64,000 nucleotides of DNA from Syntrophorhabdaceae bacterium (GTDB lineage: Bacteria; Desulfobacterota; Syntrophorhabdia; Syntrophorhabdales; Syntrophorhabdaceae), in assembly GCA_963665295.1 (NCBI GenBank), contig OY762209.1, positions 2,080,001 to 2,144,000 of the forward strand, written 5' to 3'. The notes under the pieces were generated by a model, which made no database searches, was not told the DNA's origin, and worked only from the letters and a program-made list of their open reading frames with translations. This document shows positions 49,261 to 58,429 of the stretch, one piece after another (within the stretch, counting starts at the first letter, position 1; each line of letters begins with the position of its first letter). A program made the translations under genes and the position numbers.

Positions 49261-51372
49261 TTGAATAAACGAGGCAGGCAGGCCCATGGGTCTCCCGGCA
49301 TGAACGTCGAACTCGAAAAGGCGCTTCGATATCATAGATCGGGCCGGTTCGAGATGGCGGAGCCTATCTACCGCAATATACTCGTCGCGGACCCGGACCA
49401 TCCGGATGCGCTCCACCTCCTCGGCGTCCTTGCCCACCAGACGGGAAGGCACGATATTGCCATAGAACTGATAGGGAAGGCTATCCGCAATGATCCCCAT
49501 GCGCCTCAGTATTATGACAATATGGGAAATGCCTGTGCGTCTCTCGGCAGGCTGGAGGAGGCCGTCTCCTGTTACCAATCGGCCCTGAGACTCAGGCCGG
49601 ACTCCGCGGGCGCCCTGAGCAATCTCGCAAACGTGCTGAAATCCCTCGGCAGGCTGGAGGAAGCCGTCTCTTGCTACGAAAGGGCCATGGCTTTGGAACC
49701 GGGTCTGGCGGAACCCTGCAACAATCTGGGTAACCTGCTCAAGGCGCTGGGCAGGATCGGCGAGGCTATCGACCTTTTCAGAAAGGCCGTGAAGTTGAAA
49801 CCGGGTTACGCCGAGGCCCACAACAACCTCGGGGTGGCGCTTCACGACCAGGGAAAGGCGGACGAGGCATCCGTCTCATTCCGGAAGGCCCTTGATCTGA
49901 AACCGGATCTGGCCGAGGTCCACAACAACCTGGGCAACCTCCTCAAAGACCAGGGGAACGTCATGGAGGCTATCTCTTCCATCAGAAGGGCCCTGGAATT
50001 ACAACCGGGTTATGCGGAGGCCTGCAATAACATGGGCCTTGCCCTCGTCGACCTTGGAGAGATCGAAGGGGCTGTGTCCCTCTATGCGCGGGCTCGCGAA
50101 CTGAAACCCGACAACCCGGGATACCATTCGAACTATCTTCTGGGTCTCCATTACAGCGAGAAATACGACAGGAAGGTCTTATCCGGGGAGGCAATGGAAT
50201 GGGGCAGGAAACACGGCTCCCGGTCCGGTTCCCCCAGGCCTTTCACCAATACGGCGGACCCCGGCCGCAGGATCAGGGTGGGTTACGTGTCCGGTGATTT
50301 CCGCAGGCACCCCGTAGGCTATTTTATCGGTCCCATACTCGCGTGTCATGACCGGGACATGTTCGAGGTCTACTGCTACGCCAACCAGCATGAGTCCGAT
50401 GACCTTACACGGCGATTTCAGTCGCTGCCCGTTCACTGGCGGGGGATCGCGGATCTTCCCGATGAATCGGCGGGGGCCCTGATCGTGGAAGACGGCATCG
50501 ACATCCTCGTGGACCTTTCAGGGCATACGGCGAGAAACCGGCTCCTCCTGTTTGCAGAAAAACCGGCTCCGGTCCAGGCGACCTGGATCGGGTATTCCGA
50601 CACCACGGGCCTCGGCGCAATCGATTTCATCATTGCAGACAGACACGTGATACCGGAGGAAGACAGGACACTCTACACGGAAAGACCGGTGAGACTCCCC
50701 CACTCCTACCTCTGCTATTCGCCTCCCGCATACGCCCCGGAAGAAAACGGACTTCCCGCCCAACGCAACGGGCATATTACCTTCGGCTCTTTCAATAACA
50801 TTGCCAAGGTGAGCCTTACCGCCATAGAGACATGGTCGAAGGTCCTCCGGGAGGTCCCCGACTCGAGGCTCTGCGTCAAGGCCTCCGTCCTGGACGTGCA
50901 GGCCCTCAAAGGCAAGTACCTGGAGTTTTTCGCCATGAACGGGATCGGGGAAGACAGGATAGACGTGGCGGGGAGATCGCCGAACCACCGGGAACTGCTT
51001 GTCGGTTACGGGAATATCGATATCGCCCTCGACACGTTCCCTTACGCAGGGACCACCACAACGGCCGAGGCCCTTTGGATGGGCGTGCCCGTGGTCACCC
51101 TCGCCGCAGGCGCCTTTGTGGGCAGGGTGGGGGGCAGCCTGCTCTCCACGGTGGGGCTGAGTGAGTTCGTGGCCCGCACCTCCGATGAGTACATCGCAAT
51201 AGCCGCGGCGCTGGCCGGAGACCGGGAAAGACTCGTCGGCCTTCGTTCAACCCTTCGCCGTAAAATGAAGGAATCCCCCCTGTGCGACGGGAAAACGTTT
51301 ACCCGGGACCTGGAAGGCCTCTACCGCGGCATGTGGCGGCAGTGGTCCGGGAGAAAGGAGGATTCCCTTTGA
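49261..51372 (+). CDS. TPR + GT41 glycosyltransferase, SPINDLY-like (copy 2)
   Basis: TPRs; DFRRHPVGYF, DLSGHT, FGSFNNIAKV, DTFPYAGTTTT. Confidence 0.92.
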   Translation: MNKRGRQAHGSPGMNVELEKALRYHRSGRFEMAEPIYRNILVADPDHPDALHLLGVLAHQTGRHDIAIELIGKAIRNDPHAPQYYDNMGNACASLGRLEEAVSCYQSALRLRPDSAGALSNLANVLKSLGRLEEAVSCYERAMALEPGLAEPCNNLGNLLKALGRIGEAIDLFRKAVKLKPGYAEAHNNLGVALHDQGKADEASVSFRKALDLKPDLAEVHNNLGNLLKDQGNVMEAISSIRRALELQPGYAEACNNMGLALVDLGEIEGAVSLYARARELKPDNPGYHSNYLLGLHYSEKYDRKVLSGEAMEWGRKHGSRSGSPRPFTNTADPGRRIRVGYVSGDFRRHPVGYFIGPILACHDRDMFEVYCYANQHESDDLTRRFQSLPVHWRGIADLPDESAGALIVEDGIDILVDLSGHTARNRLLLFAEKPAPVQATWIGYSDTTGLGAIDFIIADRHVIPEEDRTLYTERPVRLPHSYLCYSPPAYAPEENGLPAQRNGHITFGSFNNIAKVSLTAIETWSKVLREVPDSRLCVKASVLDVQALKGKYLEFFAMNGIGEDRIDVAGRSPNHRELLVGYGNIDIALDTFPYAGTTTTAEALWMGVPVVTLAAGAFVGRVGGSLLSTVGLSEFVARTSDEYIAIAAALAGDRERLVGLRSTLRRKMKESPLCDGKTFTRDLEGLYRGMWRQWSGRKEDSL

Positions 51373-54261
51373 GCAGGACCGACAGAACCCACGCGGACGA
51401 ACTCGGCAGGGCCCTTCAATACCATCAGGCGGGTCAGTTCCTGATGGCGGAGCCCATTTACCGGAAGATACTCGCCGCCAATCCCGATCACGCGGACGCC
51501 CTTCACCTCCTCGGCGTCCTTGCCCACCAGGTGGGACGGCACGACATTGCAATCGAGTTGATAGGGCGGGCCATCCGCAATAACCCGCGGGCGGCCCATT
51601 ATCATGACAACATGGGAAATGCCTACACTGCCCTCGGCAGACTGGAAGAGGCGGTCTCTTCTTACAGGCGGGCCCTCGAGATCAAGCCTGATTATGCGGG
51701 AGCGTGCAATAACCTCGCGAATGCGCTGAAAGCCCTGGGCAGACCGGATGAGGCATTTTTCTACTATGAAAGGGCCGTCACGCTGAAACCGGACATGGCC
51801 GAAGCGTACTGCAACCTGGGCAACCTGTCAAAGGACCGGGGAGAGACGGACGAGGCGATCCGTTTTCTTGACAGGGCCATTGCCCTCAATCCCGGTTATG
51901 CCGAGGCATACTACAGCCTGGGACTCGTGCTCTACGATCAGGGGAAGGCGGACGAGGCCCTTGCCCGATACCGGCAGGCCGTTAACCTGAAGCCTGACTA
52001 TGCCGAGGCATACAATAACCTCGGGATCGCCCTTTTTGACCGGGGAGAGACGGAAGAAGCAATCTCCTGTTACAGGAAAGCCCTTGCCGTAAAACCGGAT
52101 ATGGCCGATGTCTGCAATAACCTGGGAAACGCGCTGAAGTCCCTCGGTAGGATGGATGAGGCCATGTCGTCATTTCAGTTGGCTCGCGAACTGAAACCCG
52201 ACAACCCGGGATACCATTCGAACTATCTTCTGGGTCTCCATTACAGCGAGAAATACGACAGGAAGGTCTTATCCGGGGAGGCAATGGAATGGGGCAGGAA
52301 ACACGGCTCCCGGTCCGGTTCCCCCAGGCCTTTCACCAATACGGCGGACCCCGGCCGCAGGATCAGGGTGGGTTACGTGTCCGGTGATTTCCGCAGGCAC
52401 CCCGTAGGCTATTTTATCGGTCCCATACTCGCGTGTCATGACCGGGACATGTTCGAGGTCTACTGCTACGCCAACCAGCATGAGTCCGATGACCTTACAC
52501 GGCGATTTCAGTCGCTGCCCGTTCACTGGCGGGGGATCGCGGATCTTCCCGATGAATCGGCGGGGGCCCTGATCGTGGAAGACGGCATCGACATCCTCGT
52601 GGACCTTTCAGGGCATACGGCGAGAAACCGGCTCCTCCTGTTTGCAGAAAAACCGGCTCCGGTCCAGGCGACCTGGATCGGGTATTCCGACACCACGGGC
52701 CTCGGCGCAATCGATTTCATCATTGCAGACAGACACGTGATACCGGAGGAAGACAGGACACTCTACACGGAAAGACCGGTGAGACTCCCCCACTCCTACC
52801 TCTGCTATTCGCCTCCCGCATACGCCCCGGAAGAAAACGGACTTCCCGCCCAACGCAACGGGCATATTACCTTCGGCTCTTTCAATAACATTGCCAAGGT
52901 GAGCCTTACCGCCATAGAGACATGGTCGAAGGTCCTCCGGGAGGTCCCCGACTCGAGGCTCTGCGTCAAGGCCTCCGTCCTGGACGTGCAGGCCCTCAAA
53001 GGCAAGTACCTGGAGTTTTTCGCCATGAACGGGATCGGGGAAGACAGGATAGACGTGGCGGGGAGATCGCCGAACCACCGGGAACTGCTTGTCGGTTACG
53101 GGAATATCGATATCGCCCTCGACACGTTCCCTTACGCAGGGACCACCACAACGGCCGAGGCCCTTTGGATGGGCGTGCCCGTGGTCACCCTCGCCGCAGG
53201 CGCCTTTGTGGGCAGGGTGGGGGGCAGCCTGCTCTCCACGGTGGGGCTGAGTGAGTTCGTGGCCCGCACCTCCGATGAGTACATCGCAATAGCCGCGGCG
53301 CTGGCCGGAGACCGGGAAAGACTCGTCGGCCTTCGTTCAACCCTTCGCCGTAAAATGAAGGAATCCCCCCTGTGCGACGGGAAAACGTTTACCCGGGACC
53401 TGGAAGGCCTCTACCGCGGCATGTGGCGGCAGTGGTGCGGGAGAAAGGAGGATTCCCTTTGAGCAGGACCGACAGAACCCACGCGGACGAACTCGGCAGG
53501 GCCCTTCAATACCATCAGGCGGGTCAGTTCCTGATGGCGGAGCCCATTTACCGGAAGATACTCGCCGCCAATCCCGATCACGCGGACGCCCTTCACCTCC
53601 TCGGCGTCCTTGCCCACCAGGTGGGACGGCACGACATTGCAATCGAGTTGATAGGGCGGGCCATCCGCAATAACCCGCGGGCGGCCCATTATCATGACAA
53701 CATGGGAAATGCCTACACTGCCCTCGGCAGACTGGAAGAGGCGGTCTCTTCTTACAGGCGGGCCCTCGAGATCAAGCCTGATTATGCGGGAGCGTGCAAT
53801 AACCTCGCGAATGCGCTGAAAGCCCTGGGCAGACCGGATGAGGCATTTTTCTACTATGAAAGGGCCGTCACGCTGAAACCGGACATGGCCGAAGCGTACT
53901 GCAACCTGGGCAACCTGTCAAAGGACCGGGGAGAGACGGACGAGGCGATCCGTTTTCTTGACAGGGCCATTGCCCTCAATCCCGGTTATGCCGAGGCATA
54001 CTACAGCCTGGGACTCGTGCTCTACGATCAGGGGAAGGCGGACGAGGCCCTTGCCCGATACCGGCAGGCCGTTAACCTGAAGCCTGACTATGCCGAGGCA
54101 TACAATAACCTCGGGATCGCCCTTTTTGACCGGGGAGAGACGGAAGAAGCGATCTCCTGTTACAGGAAAGCCCTTGCCGTAAAACCGGATATGGCCGATG
54201 TCTGCAATAACCTGGGAAACGCGCTGAAGTCCCTCGGCAGGATGGATGAGGCCATGTCGTC
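50091..54261 (+). repeat. Near-identical direct tandem repeat, period 2090 bp (50091-52171 vs 52181-54261)
   Basis: Same sequence at a 2090-bp offset, with duplicated ORF-track entries; differences seen at 51347/53437, 52061/54151, 52148/54238. Confidence 0.95.
51369..53462 (+). CDS. TPR + GT41 glycosyltransferase, SPINDLY-like (copy 3, mosaic)
   Basis: TTG start overlapping the upstream TGA, with AGGAG RBS; TPRs match copy 4 and the catalytic domain matches copy 2. Confidence 0.88.
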   Translation: MSRTDRTHADELGRALQYHQAGQFLMAEPIYRKILAANPDHADALHLLGVLAHQVGRHDIAIELIGRAIRNNPRAAHYHDNMGNAYTALGRLEEAVSSYRRALEIKPDYAGACNNLANALKALGRPDEAFFYYERAVTLKPDMAEAYCNLGNLSKDRGETDEAIRFLDRAIALNPGYAEAYYSLGLVLYDQGKADEALARYRQAVNLKPDYAEAYNNLGIALFDRGETEEAISCYRKALAVKPDMADVCNNLGNALKSLGRMDEAMSSFQLARELKPDNPGYHSNYLLGLHYSEKYDRKVLSGEAMEWGRKHGSRSGSPRPFTNTADPGRRIRVGYVSGDFRRHPVGYFIGPILACHDRDMFEVYCYANQHESDDLTRRFQSLPVHWRGIADLPDESAGALIVEDGIDILVDLSGHTARNRLLLFAEKPAPVQATWIGYSDTTGLGAIDFIIADRHVIPEEDRTLYTERPVRLPHSYLCYSPPAYAPEENGLPAQRNGHITFGSFNNIAKVSLTAIETWSKVLREVPDSRLCVKASVLDVQALKGKYLEFFAMNGIGEDRIDVAGRSPNHRELLVGYGNIDIALDTFPYAGTTTTAEALWMGVPVVTLAAGAFVGRVGGSLLSTVGLSEFVARTSDEYIAIAAALAGDRERLVGLRSTLRRKMKESPLCDGKTFTRDLEGLYRGMWRQWCGRKEDSL

Positions 54262-55846
54262 GTTTCTGAGGACCCTTGAGATTGAACCCGGTTATGCCGA
54301 GGCATACTACAGCCTGGGACTCGTGCTCTACGATCAGGGGAAGGCGGACGAGGCCCTTGCCCGATACCGGCAGGCCGTTAACCTGAAGCCTGACTATGCC
54401 GAGGCGTACAACGGTCTGGGGGTTACCCTTCATGCGAGGAAGGAGACGGACGAGGCCATCGGCCTGTATAGACAGGCCATTGCGCTGAAACAGGACCAAC
54501 CGGAGGCGCACAACAACCTGGGGGTTGCCCTTCACGACCAGGGAAAGACGGACGAGGCTATTCTCCATTACAAAAAAGCCCTTGAACTCAAACCGGATTA
54601 CGGTGATGCCCACTCGAACTACCTCATGGCATTGCATTATGACGGGAAGACCGACAGGGAGGGCCTGTTCAGGGAGGCCATGGAATGGAGCCGGAGACAT
54701 TGCCGGCCCCCTGCGTCTCCGGGTATTTTCGCCAATAAGGCCGATCCGGAGCGCACGCTGAGAATAGGGTATGTATCAGGAGATTTCCGCCGTCATCCAG
54801 TGGGTTTCTTCATGGAAGCCGTCCTTGCTCATCATGAGCGCCATGGGTTTGAAGTCACCTGCTACAGCAACCGCCATGGGGGTGACGACCTGACGCGAAG
54901 GCTCCGGTCATTGCCTGTCCAATGGAGGTCCATTGCAGGTGTTCCGGATGGCCCGGCGGAAAAGGCGATCCGTGACGACGGCATCGACATACTCATCGAC
55001 CTTTCCGGACATAGCGCGGGGCACCGGCTTGTCCTGTTTTCACGGAGACCGGCGCCGGTTCAGGCCACGTGGATCGGTTATTTCGACACCACGGCAGTGC
55101 CCGCAATGGACTATATCATTTCCGACAGGTATGTGATACCGGAAGGGGAGGAAAGGTTCTACACGGAAAAACCGGCGCGCCTTCCGAACGGCTATCTCTG
55201 CTACACGCCCCACGCCTATGCTCCCGAAGTGAAGGAGCTTCCCTTTCTCACCCGAGGTCATATTACCTTCGGCTGTTTCAACAATGTGAGCAAGGTCAAT
55301 CCCGCAGTAATAGAGACGTGGTCGAGGATCCTGACTGCGGTGCCTGGGTCGAGGCTCTGTTTTAGATCTCCTGCGCTGAGTTCACCTTCCGTGAGGGAGG
55401 CGTTCATGGATATGTTTCACCGGAACGGGATCGAAGGGCATCGGATCGAGTTGTCGGGCCCGATGGTGCACAAGGAATACCTTGCGTACTACGGGAATAT
55501 CGATATCATCCTCGACACATTCCCCTTCGCGGGCAACACGACCACGGCCGACGCCCTGTGGATGGGGGTGCCCGTACCTACCCTCGTTCATGAGAGTTTC
55601 CCCGGACGGTTCGGCCTCAGCATGCTTTCCACAGTAGGGCTTCACGATCTGATCGCGTACAGCCCCGACGAATACGTGGCGGTGGTGGCGGGGCTCGCAG
55701 GGGACGTTGAGCGCCTTTCCGCCCTTCGTTCCGGCCTGCGTGGAAAAATGGAGCAGTCGCCCCTGTGCGACGGGGAAAGGTTCACCCGTGACCTCGAAAA
55801 GCTCTATCGTGACATGTGGACGAAGTGGTGCGGGGAAGAGGCTTAG
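53459..55846 (+). CDS. TPR + GT41 glycosyltransferase, SPINDLY-like (copy 4)
   Basis: TTG start as in copy 3; three extra TPRs; DFRRHPVGFF, DLSGHS, FGCFNNVSKV, DTFPFAGNTTT. Confidence 0.92.
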   Translation: MSRTDRTHADELGRALQYHQAGQFLMAEPIYRKILAANPDHADALHLLGVLAHQVGRHDIAIELIGRAIRNNPRAAHYHDNMGNAYTALGRLEEAVSSYRRALEIKPDYAGACNNLANALKALGRPDEAFFYYERAVTLKPDMAEAYCNLGNLSKDRGETDEAIRFLDRAIALNPGYAEAYYSLGLVLYDQGKADEALARYRQAVNLKPDYAEAYNNLGIALFDRGETEEAISCYRKALAVKPDMADVCNNLGNALKSLGRMDEAMSSFLRTLEIEPGYAEAYYSLGLVLYDQGKADEALARYRQAVNLKPDYAEAYNGLGVTLHARKETDEAIGLYRQAIALKQDQPEAHNNLGVALHDQGKTDEAILHYKKALELKPDYGDAHSNYLMALHYDGKTDREGLFREAMEWSRRHCRPPASPGIFANKADPERTLRIGYVSGDFRRHPVGFFMEAVLAHHERHGFEVTCYSNRHGGDDLTRRLRSLPVQWRSIAGVPDGPAEKAIRDDGIDILIDLSGHSAGHRLVLFSRRPAPVQATWIGYFDTTAVPAMDYIISDRYVIPEGEERFYTEKPARLPNGYLCYTPHAYAPEVKELPFLTRGHITFGCFNNVSKVNPAVIETWSRILTAVPGSRLCFRSPALSSPSVREAFMDMFHRNGIEGHRIELSGPMVHKEYLAYYGNIDIILDTFPFAGNTTTADALWMGVPVPTLVHESFPGRFGLSMLSTVGLHDLIAYSPDEYVAVVAGLAGDVERLSALRSGLRGKMEQSPLCDGERFTRDLEKLYRDMWTKWCGEEA
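53981..54405 (+). repeat. 119-bp exact intragenic repeat (53981-54099 = 54287-54405; third copy 51891-52009)
   Basis: CCCGGTTATGCCGAGGCATACTAC...GACTATGCCGAGGC; the 306-bp offset equals three 34-aa TPRs. Confidence 0.9.
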
Positions 55847-57975
55847 GAAAGCCTTCCTCTTACCGCATCCTCCAGAAAGGACTCGAACCCCTTCACGCAC
55901 TCCATATCGTAATAGAGGCGTTGTTTGTTCGCCCTGAACGCCGCCCTGACCCGGTCTCTCATACTTTTGTCTTTTCCCAGTTTTACCGCACAATCGACGT
56001 AATCGTCGAGGTTCTCCGCGATAGTCTCATCTACGCCCATCATGGTCAGTATGGCGTAGGTGTGCCGTCCCCGCATGAGGTTGCCCGGCAGGCTCACCAC
56101 GGGAAGATCGCATTCTATCGCCTCAAGGGTTGAATTGCACCCGGACCATCCTATACTGTCCAGAAACACGTCGGACAGGGCATTCATGGCATGATAACGC
56201 GCCTTGTCCAGGCGGGGGAGGATGACGAGCCGGTCCGCGTTCGCAAGGGAGTGCTTTTCGAAGGCCTTCCCAAGGCGTCTGACAAAACGGTCGGTGAGGG
56301 CTTGCGCCTTGGTGTCCCCGATAAAGGCAAACTGGGAATTCCCAACCTCCGCCGCGATCCTCGGGAATATGTCATCGTATTGGGGGAGGTATTTGAAGAG
56401 AGACTGGGCGCAGAAATAGACCACGGAATCCGGGTTGAGACCGAAATCTTCACGGCGGAAGGAAGACCCGTCCCCGTGGATCGGGGTGTAGTGTATGGAG
56501 AGATTGGGGAGGCGGACGAGGGTCTCCGTGTAGTGGTTATCCCCGTCTTCAGGCTCCATGAGGTCGCTGCTCAGATAGTAGTCTATGGTGGGAAGCCCCG
56601 ATGTGTTGGGATGGCCCCACGATGTGCATTGGATAGGGGCGAGCCTTATTGCCGCGAGTTGGACCGTCATGGGGTCCATGCCTATTTCGGGGTAGATCAA
56701 TATGTCGAGGTCATCGCCCCGTATGGCCTCGCTCATTGCCGCGAAGGAGTGGACGCCCTCAACGAAACGGTCGAAGGAAGCCTTCGCCGCAGCCGTTTCA
56801 TCATCCCTTGCCTTGCCCGTATAATACCCGAAGAGCGCGAACCTGCTCTTGTCGATGTTTTCCACCCATCCCTTGATCGGCATCTTCCAGTTGGAATGGT
56901 AATAGAAGAACCCGGAAACAATGCCTACCCGTATCCTGCCGTCGACCCGGGGGCGGCCATTCCTGCCGGTGCCCGCAAGGTCCGGATATCTCGCCTGTTG
57001 AATGCGGCATACGAGATTTCCATATGCGGACTGCAGGACCTTGTCCACCCGGCCCTGGTAGGGGAGGTAGAAAGGCTGCGTGGCGCCCACCTGCCGGGAG
57101 GCCACGTCGATTTTCCGGGATGTGTCCAGTTCTATGGCCCCGTCCAGTTCGTGAAGGCTGTCGCGATAGTTGTTCCGGCATATCCGGATCTGGTCCTCCG
57201 AATCGTAGAGGATGGGGACCTGGGCCATACATTTACCCCACATGGCTTCGATGGAACCGGGAGATATGGCGAGGGCCTGGTCGTAATAGGTGATCGCGTG
57301 CTCGATCAACCCCACGGTCTTGAAGGTGAGGGCGAGATTGAGGTACGCCTCCGGGTAGCCGGGACTGAGTTCGATGGCCCGGGCGGCGTATTCGACGGCC
57401 TTTTCATATTCCTTCATATCCTTGTAGAGAACGGAAAGGTTATTGTATATTTCCGGGGACCCGGGAAGAAGGACCAGGGCTTTTTCATAACACTCCATGG
57501 CTTCATCGGCCTTGCCCTCTTCCTGACAGATGGCGCCCAGGTTGTAGAGCGTTTCCGGTGAACCAGGCGCGAGGGAGAGGGCCTTCCTGTATGCCTCCAC
57601 TGCCTCTTCGAATCTCCCCAGTTCCTTATAGGCGTTGCCGAGGTTGTTGTGCGCTTCCGGATAGGGGGCGTGTATTCTCAGGGCCTCCCTGTACTGGGTG
57701 ACGGCGCTCTCGTAATCCCTCAACCCCGCATAGGCGAGGCCAAGATTGCAGAAGAAGGCGGGGTTTGACCGGTCGATGGCTACCGCCCTGGTGATGAGGT
57801 CCACCGCTTCAGGGAAGCGGCCCGACTGGTAGGCGGCGATACCCAGGAAATGGTAAGCGTCAGGGTTTCGCGGTTCCTTCTCGAGTACTCGCCGGTAGAT
57901 TACCTCGGCTTCGTTCAGTTCTCCCCTCATCAGGTGCTGAAGGGCGGTATCGAGATCGCGGGCGGATTTTGCCAT
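55843..57975 (-). CDS. TPR + GT41 glycosyltransferase, non-SPY subtype (copy 5)
   Basis: TPRs; PFYLPYQG, HSNWK, YPEIGMDP, WGHPNTSG, CAQSLFKY, DSIGWSGCNST; ATG 57975 preferred because the sigma54 site overlaps the track start. Confidence 0.88.
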   Translation of the reverse strand: MAKSARDLDTALQHLMRGELNEAEVIYRRVLEKEPRNPDAYHFLGIAAYQSGRFPEAVDLITRAVAIDRSNPAFFCNLGLAYAGLRDYESAVTQYREALRIHAPYPEAHNNLGNAYKELGRFEEAVEAYRKALSLAPGSPETLYNLGAICQEEGKADEAMECYEKALVLLPGSPEIYNNLSVLYKDMKEYEKAVEYAARAIELSPGYPEAYLNLALTFKTVGLIEHAITYYDQALAISPGSIEAMWGKCMAQVPILYDSEDQIRICRNNYRDSLHELDGAIELDTSRKIDVASRQVGATQPFYLPYQGRVDKVLQSAYGNLVCRIQQARYPDLAGTGRNGRPRVDGRIRVGIVSGFFYYHSNWKMPIKGWVENIDKSRFALFGYYTGKARDDETAAAKASFDRFVEGVHSFAAMSEAIRGDDLDILIYPEIGMDPMTVQLAAIRLAPIQCTSWGHPNTSGLPTIDYYLSSDLMEPEDGDNHYTETLVRLPNLSIHYTPIHGDGSSFRREDFGLNPDSVVYFCAQSLFKYLPQYDDIFPRIAAEVGNSQFAFIGDTKAQALTDRFVRRLGKAFEKHSLANADRLVILPRLDKARYHAMNALSDVFLDSIGWSGCNSTLEAIECDLPVVSLPGNLMRGRHTYAILTMMGVDETIAENLDDYVDCAVKLGKDKSMRDRVRAAFRANKQRLYYDMECVKGFESFLEDAVRGRLS

Positions 57976-58033
57976 ATTGTTTTCTTTGCCTCCGGTTTTA
58001 TTGGTACTGCAATATGAGAGATAGTATCCTCCA

Positions 58034-58049
58034 TGCACAGATCATACCA
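58034..58049 (-). promoter_or_regulatory. Sigma54-like promoter of GT41 copy 5
   Basis: TGGTAT-GATCT-GTGCA with GG-N10-GC spacing. Confidence 0.55.
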
Positions 58050-58321
58050 TCCTTGTCCCCACGCCGGGCCTTTCACAGGCGCCCGCCCGCTTTCCTTTCT
58101 GCCGGTTCGGTGCGATGGGGTGGACGGTCTCCTCGCATTCGTTGAGGCCATGACACGCCAGCCAATATAATGACGCTTCGTTTTGCAAGGCGTGGCAAGA
58201 CAAAGAGGCTTTGGCGCCGGACGAAGACGCGGCTTTACGTTCGGCTGTATGCAGCAGTCCGACGCGTCCACCCTTGATGGGGAATCTTCGACGCCGTGGT
58301 TAGACCCTGCCGGGTGAACGA

Positions 58322-58337
58322 TGGCACGTTGATTGCA
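58322..58337 (+). promoter_or_regulatory. Sigma54 promoter of the giant multidomain gene
   Basis: TGGCAC-GTTGA-TTGCA, about 93 bp upstream of ATG 58430. Confidence 0.85.
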
Positions 58338-58429
58338 TCGATGAATCAGAGTAATACCGTGTGGAGTCCATGCCGGGTCAGGCCATGGGGAAACAGGGGT
58401 ACAGAATAAAACAGGAAGAGGGACAATAA

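Noticed and set aside
51282..51368. ORF-track N-terminal extensions of GT41 copies 3 and 4 (also 53372-53458)
   Set aside because: They overlap the upstream gene; TTG starts at 51369 and 53459 have an AGGAG RBS and stop-start coupling
46861..55846. Periodic ~102-bp repeats as a possible CRISPR array or non-coding repeat
   Set aside because: They are in-frame 34-aa TPR coding units with no spacer structure and no cas genes
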